Of a DNA stretch of 38,116 nt, positions 16,303 to 23,797 are shown one piece after another. Each line of letters opens with the position of its first letter. The stretch's first letter is position 1. The translations under genes were made by a program, and so were the position numbers. Source of the DNA: Dehalococcoidia bacterium LH_S1 (GTDB taxonomy: Bacteria; Chloroflexota; Dehalococcoidia; SZUA-161; SpSt-899); the NCBI GenBank assembly GCA_023660035.1, contig JAGXOF010000002.1:1-38116 (forward strand). The letters run 5' to 3'. The notes beneath the pieces were generated by a model. It was not told the DNA's origin and searched no databases. It worked only from the letters and a program-made list of their open reading frames with translations.

Positions 16303-16713
16303 CTAATGCCGTAACGATAATTCCCGTTCTCGCTCACACCACGGGCAATAGCCCTTAAGATATAACTCAGTCTTTGTAATGTTAAACCCGTGTTCCCTCT
16401 GTGCTGCTTCCACAAGCTGATTAACAAGGGGGGTTTCGAACTCAACTATCTTGCCACATCCCTGACACACCACGTGGCAATGATCCAGCTTCCCGCTCAC
16501 CTCATAGCAGTAGTGTCTCTGACCAAGGGACCTCTCATCAACTATTCCCAATTCCTTGAACAGATTCAAGCTGCGATAAACGGTAGCCGTGCTAACAGAG
16601 TTACCCTGGGCATTAGCCCGACGATATAGCTCCTTAGCATCTATATGTCCATTCACTTCACTAATCAACTTCAGAAGCAACTGGCGCTGAGAACTCTGCC
16701 GATAATTCTCCAC
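16303..16713 (-). CDS. Fur-family metalloregulator (Fur/Zur/PerR/Nur subtype not assignable)
   Basis: N-terminal winged helix (TVYRSLNLFKELGIV), HCHVVCQGCGKIVEF and YCPWC zinc-site Cys pairs. 136 aa. Confidence 0.88.
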   Translation of the reverse strand: MENYRQSSQRQLLLKLISEVNGHIDAKELYRRANAQGNSVSTATVYRSLNLFKELGIVDERSLGQRHYCYEVSGKLDHCHVVCQGCGKIVEFETPLVNQLVEAAQREHGFNITKTELYLKGYCPWCERERELSLRH

Positions 16714-16741
16714 ATTATCCTCCTCCCCTTTCCGTTGAGAT

Positions 16742-16756
16742 TGAGAATCATTCTCA
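16742..16756. promoter_or_regulatory. Perfect 7-1-7 Fur-family operator
   Basis: TGAGAAT-C-ATTCTCA is a perfect inverted repeat with the same architecture as TGATAATnATTATCA-type boxes. It abuts the -10 element of the fur-family gene promoter. Confidence 0.7.
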
Positions 16757-16784
16757 CCTTAGCACCTTTCCATGTGTATGTCAA
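16756..16784 (-). promoter_or_regulatory. Promoter of the Fur-family gene
   Basis: Minus strand reads TTGACA (16784-16779)-N17-TAAGGT (16761-16756), 43 nt upstream of the start codon. Confidence 0.55.
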
Positions 16785-16937
16785 GGGTAATTGATTGAGG
16801 TATTGCCGGTCCCTCCTGAACCAGACATGACGGGTAGATTTTTCAACGATCATTGACTTTGGCCAGAGCGCAGATGTACCACTACAACAAAAGTAGATAA
16901 ATTATCGGCAATCTTCAAAGATGCGCCACTAAATGAG

Positions 16938-16984
16938 GACCCGCCAGGTGCCGTGATCAGGATTTCAAAAACCACGGGCGGGTC
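16938..16984. other. GC-rich bipartite hairpin in the fur/cbiX divergent intergenic region
   Basis: GACCCGCC (16938-16945) pairs with GGCGGGTC (16977-16984), with an inner CGTG/CACG helix. T-rich on the plus-strand 3' side (TTTGTCTATTT), A-rich on the other side. Confidence 0.6.
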
Positions 16985-17163
16985 TTTGTCTATTTCAGGT
17001 GGAGAGGGCTGGAAAAGCAGTGATCAGAGTAAGGGAAGCATTCAGCACAGCTAAAGATAGGTCCAGCCTCCTTTCCTCGTTTGGGGATTGGTAGTGCCTC
17101 ATCCCTGTGTTCTGCCTGAGCAGTGCCATGAGTCCCGTTCCAATGCTGATTCAAGTCGAATTA

Positions 17164-17193
17164 TTGACAGGTAATATCTACATATGCTATATT
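17164..17193 (+). promoter_or_regulatory. Candidate promoter of the tetrapyrrole super-operon
   Basis: TTGACA (17164-17169)-N18-TATATT (17188-17193), 40 nt upstream of the ATG at 17234. It overlaps an imperfect inverted repeat GTAATAT (17171-17177)/ATATTAT (17189-17195). Confidence 0.5.
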
Positions 17194-17233
17194 ATCAACT
17201 AGATTTGTATTTAAGCAAATTAGGTTGTTCAAT

Positions 17234-18268
17234 ATGCCACAAACAGGGGTGATCATCCTAGCTCATGGGAGCCGCGGCGAGCGAGGTGTTGTAGAAGTCT
17301 CCGAGACCTTGAGAAGGGTTAGTGAGGGGGTGAAGCCCATGTTGCGACCGGGAGTAAAAGTTATTGGGGCAGCACTCCAATTTAACCACCCCAGCCTAGA
17401 AGAAGCCGTGGAGTCTTTGGCAGGGTGGGGTGTCAATCGGATGGTAATAATGCCCTACTTTCTTTTCCCAGGACGACACATTACTGAGGATATCCCTCAG
17501 CTTATTGAGCGGCTTAAGTGCACCTATCCAGAAACACAATTCATTATAACCGATATCCTCGGCTTGAATGAGCATTTTATCGATCGAGTGGCAAAATGCA
17601 TAGAGAAGGCTGCCCCCGAGCTTTCGGCGAAAGCTCGGGGTTCATCTAGCTCTGCTGAGGCGATCGAGTACCAAAGTCTAGAAATAATAGAGGGTTTGCT
17701 GCCGTCACTGGACTGCTCTGAGGAGGAACGTCAGGTAATAAAGCGCATTGTCCATGCCGCCGGCGACTCCCAAATCGCCCGTCTTGTCCGGTTTCATACC
17801 AATGCGGTCTCTGCGGGTATTGACACCATTCGCCAAGGAAAGCCGATATTCACCGACGTCAGGATGGTAGCCGTAGGTATCAATCCCCATCTCACTCAAG
17901 AGTTTGGCTGTTCCATACATTGCGCTCTAGATGAACTGAATACGATGGGACAGGCTCAAGAGGAAGGTGTTACCCGAAACGCTGCTGCTATCCGCTTTCT
18001 AGGAAGAAAGCTCGATGGGGCAATTGTTACCATTGGCAATGCCCCTACCGCTTTACTTGCCCTACTCGAGCTAATTGACAGTGGAGATGTTCTGCCGTCT
18101 CTCGTTGTAGGAATGCCTGTCGGCTTTGTGCAGGCTAGGGAATCGAAGGCAGACTTAATTAAGCGGAACATACCCTATATCACCATTGAGGGAACTCGGG
18201 GGGGGAGCGCAGTAGCTACAGCTACAGTCAATGCACTGCTAAACCTTGCCCGGGAGATTCACAAATGA
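17234..18268 (+). CDS. cbiX/cbiC: Fusion protein: small CbiX-type sirohydrochlorin cobaltochelatase (N) plus cobalt-precorrin-8 methylmutase CbiC (C)
   Basis: N-terminal about 125 aa: VIILAHGSRGERG...MPYFLFPGRHITEDIP (CbiX small). C-terminal about 210 aa: IVHAAGD..., IFTDVRMV, GNAPTALLALLELI, VVGMPVGFVQARESKA, EGTRGGSAVATATVNAL (CbiC/CobH). Confidence 0.85.
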   Translation: MPQTGVIILAHGSRGERGVVEVSETLRRVSEGVKPMLRPGVKVIGAALQFNHPSLEEAVESLAGWGVNRMVIMPYFLFPGRHITEDIPQLIERLKCTYPETQFIITDILGLNEHFIDRVAKCIEKAAPELSAKARGSSSSAEAIEYQSLEIIEGLLPSLDCSEEERQVIKRIVHAAGDSQIARLVRFHTNAVSAGIDTIRQGKPIFTDVRMVAVGINPHLTQEFGCSIHCALDELNTMGQAQEEGVTRNAAAIRFLGRKLDGAIVTIGNAPTALLALLELIDSGDVLPSLVVGMPVGFVQARESKADLIKRNIPYITIEGTRGGSAVATATVNALLNLAREIHK

Positions 18269-19353
18269 ATGGATTATCATCACCCAAAAAACCAAGATTG
18301 AAGGAACTGGTGCTGTGGGTTACCACCGACTGTAACCTCCGCTGCCGTTACTGCTACGCCAATGGCGGCGACGAGACGGAATACATGGATTGGCAAGTGG
18401 CAAAGCAAGCCCTGGACCTCATGCTCAGCCATTCTGATGGTTTTAAGGTTCAGTTCGCCGGCGGTGAGCCACTGCTCAACGTGGACTTGATTGAGCAGGT
18501 GGTGCGCTACACTCAGGGCTGGGGCGTTGCCTATCAGCTCCAAACCAACGCCACCCTCATCGATACCAGCACTGCCAGAAGCCTCAAACGGCTGGGAATA
18601 GATGTGGGTGTGAGCCTTGACGGACTACCAACGGTAAATGACTCTTTGCGTCCTTATGCCGATGGGCATGGCTCGACGGCTGCCACCATAGCCGGGCTAG
18701 AGAAGCTTCGGGTGGCTGGTATTCATGTGGGGCTGACCTGCGTCCTCTCGGCGGAGAATGTCACTGGATTGCCCGGACTAGTCGAGCTTGCCAGCTACTT
18801 GGGAAATGTAGAGGGCATTACTTTTGACCTGTTGCGGCCGATAGGAAGAGCTAAGAAGGGGAAAGTGAGGCAAGCAGACCCTGCTTTGGCAGCCCGCTTT
18901 GTAAGTGCCGCTCTCAGGCGGGCGGATGAGTTGGCACTTATAGGCGGAAGAAGGGTAAGGTTTCGTGAGGTAGAGCGTATTAACTATTTTCTTTCTCATG
19001 GGGTGGAGCGCAAATATCGCTGTTATTTCGACGCTTCCCAATATCTAGTGGTAGACCCCAAAGGCAGTGCTTATCCTTGTCCCTCCTTGACAAGTTTCCC
19101 TGAGTTTTACCTAGGCAATGTTCTGGAGCCGACCTTCATCAATGGTTTGGATGCTAATTTGAGGAGGTGCCGAGGGCTTATCACCCTACCCCATTATTGC
19201 TCTACCTGCTCTGAACGTTGGCTCTGTGCTGGCCCGTGTCCCGCCCAGACCTATGCACAGCAATTAACTGGGGAGATAAAGCCGACCGAGTGTTATATCA
19301 AAAGAGTGTTCATTGATTACGCTAGAAGAAAGGAGGTAATAAATCATGCCTAG
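18265..19353 (+). CDS. Radical SAM enzyme with C-terminal SPASM/twitch-like Cys-rich domain, function unassigned
   Basis: CNLRCRYC (CX3CX2C) near the N-terminus, GGEPLL motif, and C-terminal YRCYFDA...GSAYPCP...CSTCSERWLCAGPCPAQ...C. Overlaps both neighbouring genes. Confidence 0.85.
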   Translation: MNGLSSPKKPRLKELVLWVTTDCNLRCRYCYANGGDETEYMDWQVAKQALDLMLSHSDGFKVQFAGGEPLLNVDLIEQVVRYTQGWGVAYQLQTNATLIDTSTARSLKRLGIDVGVSLDGLPTVNDSLRPYADGHGSTAATIAGLEKLRVAGIHVGLTCVLSAENVTGLPGLVELASYLGNVEGITFDLLRPIGRAKKGKVRQADPALAARFVSAALRRADELALIGGRRVRFREVERINYFLSHGVERKYRCYFDASQYLVVDPKGSAYPCPSLTSFPEFYLGNVLEPTFINGLDANLRRCRGLITLPHYCSTCSERWLCAGPCPAQTYAQQLTGEIKPTECYIKRVFIDYARRKEVINHA

Positions 19354-21433
19354 ATTAGTCTATCCCTTTAGCGCCATTGTGGGGCAAGAGAACATGAAGA
19401 AGGCGTTGCTACTCAATGCTATCAACCCCAGGATCTGGGGGGTGCTTCTTCGAGGTGAAAAGGGGACGGCTAAGTCCATAGCGGTGCGAGCTCTGGCTCA
19501 ACTCCTTCCTCAAATTAAGGTGGTATCTGATTGTCCCTTTTCCTGTGAAACTGAGCGTGAAGATGGTCTATGTGACACTTGCGCTGCCAGAGTAGCTAAG
19601 GGTGAGAAGCTCGGTGTTGCCTGGAGGCAGGTATCGGTAGTAGACATGCCAATAGGGGCTACCGAGGACAGGGTTGTAGGCACACTTGACATCGAGAGGG
19701 CAATCAAAACCGGAGAGAAGCACTTCGAGCCAGGACTTCTGGCTGCTGCCAATCGGGGCATCCTATACATCGACGAGGTGAACCTGCTGGATGACCATCT
19801 GGTGGATGTTTTACTTGATGCCGCTGCCATGGGGATGAACTTTGTGGAGCGGGAGGGAATCTCCTTCAGTCATCCGGCGCAATTCATCCTGGTGGGCACC
19901 ATGAACCCCGAGGAGGGTGAGCTCCGCCCTCAGTTGCAGGATCGCTTTGGACTGGCAGTAGAGGTCAAAGGTATTCAGGACCAGGAGGCCAGGGCAGAGG
20001 TGGTCAGGCGACGCATCGCCTTTGAGAGGGACCCCATAGCCTTTGCCGCTACCTACGAGAAGGAACAAGAGGGGATACGACAACAAGTTACGGAGGCCAA
20101 GAAACTGCTACCCGCGGTGCAGCTCAGTGAGGAGATGCTGAAGCTCATTACTCAGATATGCATTGACTTCGCTGTTGATGGTCACCGCGCTGACATTGTG
20201 ATACATAAGACTGCTACTACCCTTGCTGCCTATCATGAGAGAACCGAGGTAAATGAGGAGGATGTGAGGGAGGCGGTTGAGCTAGCACTTCTTCACCGCC
20301 GTCGCCGCCAGCCCTTTGAGGAGCCGGAGCTAAGTCAGCAGCAGCTTGAGGAGAGCATTCAAAGGTGGCGTCAGAATCAGGAGAATCACCCTGAAGATAA
20401 GCAGGAGCAAGAAGAGGAACAAGACTCTCCACCCACCAACACGCCTCGGCATAATGATATCAATGATTCACCTGAAGAAGAGGAACAAGACTCTCCACCC
20501 ACCGATACGCCTCCACATAGCGACACCAATGATTCACCTGAAGATGGGGAAAAGCCCCAAAGAGAGCAAACCTTTGAAGCTGAGCCACCATACAAGGTAA
20601 GACCGCTGGTTGCTCCTGTGCTGGATCAGATTTCTCGGAGTGAAACAGGACGACGGTCAAAGAGCAGGACGAGTTCCAAAACTGGGCGCTATGTGGACAG
20701 CACCATTCCTCGGGGAAAAACAAGCGACCTTGCTTTTGATGCTACCCTGCGAGCGGCAGCCCCCTTCCAAGTGCAGAGGAGGGAGGAAATGCCAGGACAG
20801 AATACGCTGCTTATTAAGAGTCACGACCTGCGAGAAAAGGTGCGTGAGAGAAAGGTGGGAAATCTTATTGTGTTTATCCTCGATGCCTCAGGCTCGATGG
20901 CCGCTGAGGAGAGGATGGTAGCTACCAAGGGAGCTGTTCTGTCCCTATTACTTGATGCCTATCAGCGGCGGGACCGGGTGGGGATGGTGGTCTTCCGAGG
21001 GGAGAAGGCAGAGCTGGTGTTGCCTCCCACCAACAGTGTGGAGCTGGCACAAAAATATCTCAACCATCTTCCCACCGGCGGGCGCACCCCCCTGGCTCAC
21101 GGGCTAAAGCTGGGGCTGGACACCATTAAGGAATATTTGTGGAGAGATAAACAGGCCCTTCCCTTGGTGGTCTTGGTTTCCGATGGGAGGGGAAATGTAA
21201 GTCTTAATGGGAGTGACCCAATTGAGGAAGCCAAGAGAATAGCCCAGGAGATAAGAGCAATGAATATCAGGTCGATCGCCATTGATACTGAGCAAGGCTT
21301 CGTTACTTTCAGGCTGGTAGCGCAAATCTGCACTGAACTGGGAGGAACCTACCTGCGGCTGGAGGAACTAAAATCCGCTCCCATAGCCTCTGCCGTGAGG
21401 GGTAACCTGGGCTATGCAGATGAAAGGGGATGA
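19346..21433 (+). CDS. Class I chelatase ATPase/vWA subunit (ChlI/BchI-like AAA+ module fused to ChlD/BchD-like vWA module)
   Basis: [16 protein letters not shown], Walker A GEKGTAKS, Walker [10 protein letters not shown], acidic/Pro-rich linker, vWA domain with MIDAS DASGSM and VLVSDGRGN. 695 aa. Confidence 0.88.
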   Translation: MPRLVYPFSAIVGQENMKKALLLNAINPRIWGVLLRGEKGTAKSIAVRALAQLLPQIKVVSDCPFSCETEREDGLCDTCAARVAKGEKLGVAWRQVSVVDMPIGATEDRVVGTLDIERAIKTGEKHFEPGLLAAANRGILYIDEVNLLDDHLVDVLLDAAAMGMNFVEREGISFSHPAQFILVGTMNPEEGELRPQLQDRFGLAVEVKGIQDQEARAEVVRRRIAFERDPIAFAATYEKEQEGIRQQVTEAKKLLPAVQLSEEMLKLITQICIDFAVDGHRADIVIHKTATTLAAYHERTEVNEEDVREAVELALLHRRRRQPFEEPELSQQQLEESIQRWRQNQENHPEDKQEQEEEQDSPPTNTPRHNDINDSPEEEEQDSPPTDTPPHSDTNDSPEDGEKPQREQTFEAEPPYKVRPLVAPVLDQISRSETGRRSKSRTSSKTGRYVDSTIPRGKTSDLAFDATLRAAAPFQVQRREEMPGQNTLLIKSHDLREKVRERKVGNLIVFILDASGSMAAEERMVATKGAVLSLLLDAYQRRDRVGMVVFRGEKAELVLPPTNSVELAQKYLNHLPTGGRTPLAHGLKLGLDTIKEYLWRDKQALPLVVLVSDGRGNVSLNGSDPIEEAKRIAQEIRAMNIRSIAIDTEQGFVTFRLVAQICTELGGTYLRLEELKSAPIASAVRGNLGYADERG
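20411..20542 (+). repeat. In-frame 66-nt tandem duplication inside the chelatase linker
   Basis: Units 20411-20476 and 20477-20542 differ at about 8 of 66 positions. They encode [22 protein letters not shown] and [22 protein letters not shown]. Confidence 0.9.
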
Positions 21434-21514
21434 TAGACATGAAGAAGTAAAAAACAGAGGGTGATAAGACCACGCCAGAAGTGCTGAAGTCAAACACCCT
21501 AGCTTGAGTTCATT

Positions 21515-21688
21515 ATAGCAAATTTGAAAGGAGGAAAGTTGATGAAAAAGATAATACTAATAGCAGTTGCTGTTGCTCTGGTGGTAAGCCTCTTTGCTGC
21601 CTCATGTGCTCCTAAAAGGGAGGAAGAGGCTTTACCAAAGTCGATCTCCATTGTTGACTCGGCGGGGAGAACTGTTGAGGTTCCTCAA
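21515..21688 (+). repeat. Copy 1 of the near-identical 5' UTR/RBS/signal-peptide block shared by the two SBP genes
   Basis: About 174 nt, nearly identical (a handful of substitutions and one 3-nt indel) to 22628-22798. Identity collapses abruptly after GAGGTTCC. Confidence 0.9.
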
Positions 21689-22627
21689 CCTTTGAATAAG
21701 GTTATCGTCGTTTACAGCCATCTTCTGCTCACAACGAAGGGTTTGGGCATAGGTGACGAGGTGATAGTTGGCCTCGACGAATTTACACTCGGTCAGTATA
21801 AAGAGATTTTCCCTGGATTGAGCGAAAAGCCCACGATTGGGCAAAATTTCTTCCACCTGGATCTTGAAAAAATAATCGCTCTTGACCCTCAAGTTTTGAT
21901 TACCCTTCCATTCGCCTTGAAGAAATTGCCAGAGCTTGAAGCCACACTTGAAAGTGCGGGGATAAAAGTGGTGGCGCTAGATTTCAAGCTTGGGAATGTC
22001 CAAGATGTGATAAAGACGCTAGGAAAGATGTTCGGCAAGGAGAGAAGGGCTGAGGAGTACAGTGAGTTCTGGTTTAGCAAGCTAGACATGGTTCAGGAAA
22101 GGGTGAACGCGCTTAAGGATGAAGAAAAGGTCCGGGTTTACTGGGAAAATACCATGACACCCTATAAGACAGTCTCTAAGGAGGGGAAGCCGCATGAGCT
22201 ACTGAATATGGCCGGCGGGTTAAACATTGCTCAAGACCTTATGGGAAGCTATCCTGAGGTAGACCCAGAATGGGTCATCACCCAAGACCCAGATATGATA
22301 CTGAAGTATCCCATGGGAGCGGAGTATCAAGGGGGATTTGGCAAGACCGATACCGAGCCATTCGAGGAGATGAGACACGAAATAATGGAACGGCCTGGTT
22401 TTGACCAGATAAAGGCAGTAAAGGAAGGGAAGGTTTACATTCTATCTCAGATCATTAAGGGAGGGGCGTTTGAAAATGTGGGAATATGCTATATCGCTAA
22501 GCTCCTTTACCCCGACCTCTTTAAAGACCTCGACCCCGAAGCCTACCTTGAAGAGATGATAGAGGAATACTACGGTTTGAATTTTGATGAGGTGAAGGGG
22601 GTCTTTGTATACCCCAAGCCTTTCTAA
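21542..22627 (+). CDS. ABC transporter substrate-binding lipoprotein, FecB/BtuF (chelate-binding) family, paralogue 1
   Basis: Lipoprotein signal MKKIILIAVAVALVVSLFAASC. Periplasmic-binding-protein type 2 pattern (VDSAGRTVEVP..., DPQVLIT, KVYIL). ATG at 21542 preceded by AAAGGAGGA. Confidence 0.8.
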   Translation: MKKIILIAVAVALVVSLFAASCAPKREEEALPKSISIVDSAGRTVEVPQPLNKVIVVYSHLLLTTKGLGIGDEVIVGLDEFTLGQYKEIFPGLSEKPTIGQNFFHLDLEKIIALDPQVLITLPFALKKLPELEATLESAGIKVVALDFKLGNVQDVIKTLGKMFGKERRAEEYSEFWFSKLDMVQERVNALKDEEKVRVYWENTMTPYKTVSKEGKPHELLNMAGGLNIAQDLMGSYPEVDPEWVITQDPDMILKYPMGAEYQGGFGKTDTEPFEEMRHEIMERPGFDQIKAVKEGKVYILSQIIKGGAFENVGICYIAKLLYPDLFKDLDPEAYLEEMIEEYYGLNFDEVKGVFVYPKPF

Positions 22628-22798
22628 ATAGCAAATTTGAAAGGAGGAAAGTTGATGAAAAAGATAATACTAATAGCAGTTGCTCTTGCTCTGGTGGTAA
22701 GCCTCTTTGCTGCCTCATGTGTTCAAAAGGAGGAAGAGGCTTTACCAAAATCAATCACCATTGTTGACTCGGCGGGGAGAACTGTTGAGGTTCCCCAG
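22628..22798 (+). repeat. Copy 2 of the shared 5' block
   Basis: See 21515-21688. Confidence 0.9.
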
Positions 22799-23722
22799 CC
22801 GCTGGAGAGGATAGCTGTTTGGAATGGTGCGGTTGCTGAGGTAATTCGTGCCCTTGGTGCGGCGGATAAGATTATTGCTATCAACAAGTATATGCCTAAA
22901 GACGATTATTACTGGCCGGGGCTGAAGGATAAGCCCCAAATAGGTAGCCCTTGGAGCATCGATTATGAAAAAATTGTAGAACTTAGCCCTCAAGTCTTGA
23001 TCACCTATTCTAAATATCCTTCAGGTACGGAACTGGAGGAGAAGCTAGAGCCTGCCGGAATCAAAGTGGTCAGATTGGATTGTTATGGACTGGAAGATGA
23101 AATCAGAGACATAAAAATCCTGGGCGTATTACTTGACAGAGAGAAAGAGGCTGAGGAGTTCGCCAGTTTCCTTCAGTCCAAAATTGACCTTGTAGACGAG
23201 AGGATAAATGAAATAGAGCCTGAGGAAAGGGAAAGAGTTTACTGGGAAATGGGGCATAAAGACTACTATACAGTCGCTGAGGGTTCTGCTGCTCACAAGC
23301 GCCTTTGCAGAGCAGGGGGGATCAATGTTTTCGCTGGTATGGGTGTGTCATATTCGGAGATAGACCCTGAAGAAATTCTGATGAAGGAACCTGATGTGGT
23401 TATTAAGGACCCACATGGCACTAAAGTTGGAGGTTACACAGCCACCGAGACCAGCGATATGGAAGCTAAAAGGGATGAGATGATGAACCGTGCTGCTTGG
23501 AGTGAGCTCAAGGCGGTGAAGAATGGAGAGCTATATATAATGGGTGACGACCTCATGGGGGCTACGGACCCGATACGGCTTTGCTATTACGCCAAACTCC
23601 TCTATCCCGATAGATTTGAGGATTTGGATGTTGAGGCTTTTCACCGGGAGTATATGGAAAAGTATCAGGGTTTAGAGTTCAAAGGGATATATGTATATCC
23701 ATGTCCCTGGAAGGCTGAATAG
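22655..23722 (+). CDS. ABC transporter substrate-binding lipoprotein, FecB/BtuF family, paralogue 2
   Basis: Same signal peptide and first roughly 45 residues as paralogue 1. After that, by eye, only roughly a third of residues are identical. Confidence 0.8.
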   Translation: MKKIILIAVALALVVSLFAASCVQKEEEALPKSITIVDSAGRTVEVPQPLERIAVWNGAVAEVIRALGAADKIIAINKYMPKDDYYWPGLKDKPQIGSPWSIDYEKIVELSPQVLITYSKYPSGTELEEKLEPAGIKVVRLDCYGLEDEIRDIKILGVLLDREKEAEEFASFLQSKIDLVDERINEIEPEERERVYWEMGHKDYYTVAEGSAAHKRLCRAGGINVFAGMGVSYSEIDPEEILMKEPDVVIKDPHGTKVGGYTATETSDMEAKRDEMMNRAAWSELKAVKNGELYIMGDDLMGATDPIRLCYYAKLLYPDRFEDLDVEAFHREYMEKYQGLEFKGIYVYPCPWKAE

Positions 23723-23745
23723 GCAAAGCAAAGGATTACATAGTT

Positions 23746-23775
23746 TATGGGGGCGAGGCATGCCTTGCCCCCATA
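23746..23775 (+). other. Strong intercistronic hairpin between the SBP genes and the permease gene
   Basis: TATGGGGGCGAGG-CATG-CCTTGCCCCCATA forms a 13-bp stem (one G-U) with loop CATG and no U-tract. Confidence 0.8.
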
Positions 23776-23797
23776 AAGAGAAGGGGAGGATTAGATC

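Noticed and set aside
16860-17233. Cobalamin riboswitch upstream of the operon (also checked 21434-21541)
   Set aside because: GCCACT, CCCGCC and ATCAGGA-like strings occur, but in the wrong order and strand arrangement. There is no GGTGAAA-type loop followed by a B12 box. The second region is too short. A covariance-model scan is still needed for certainty.
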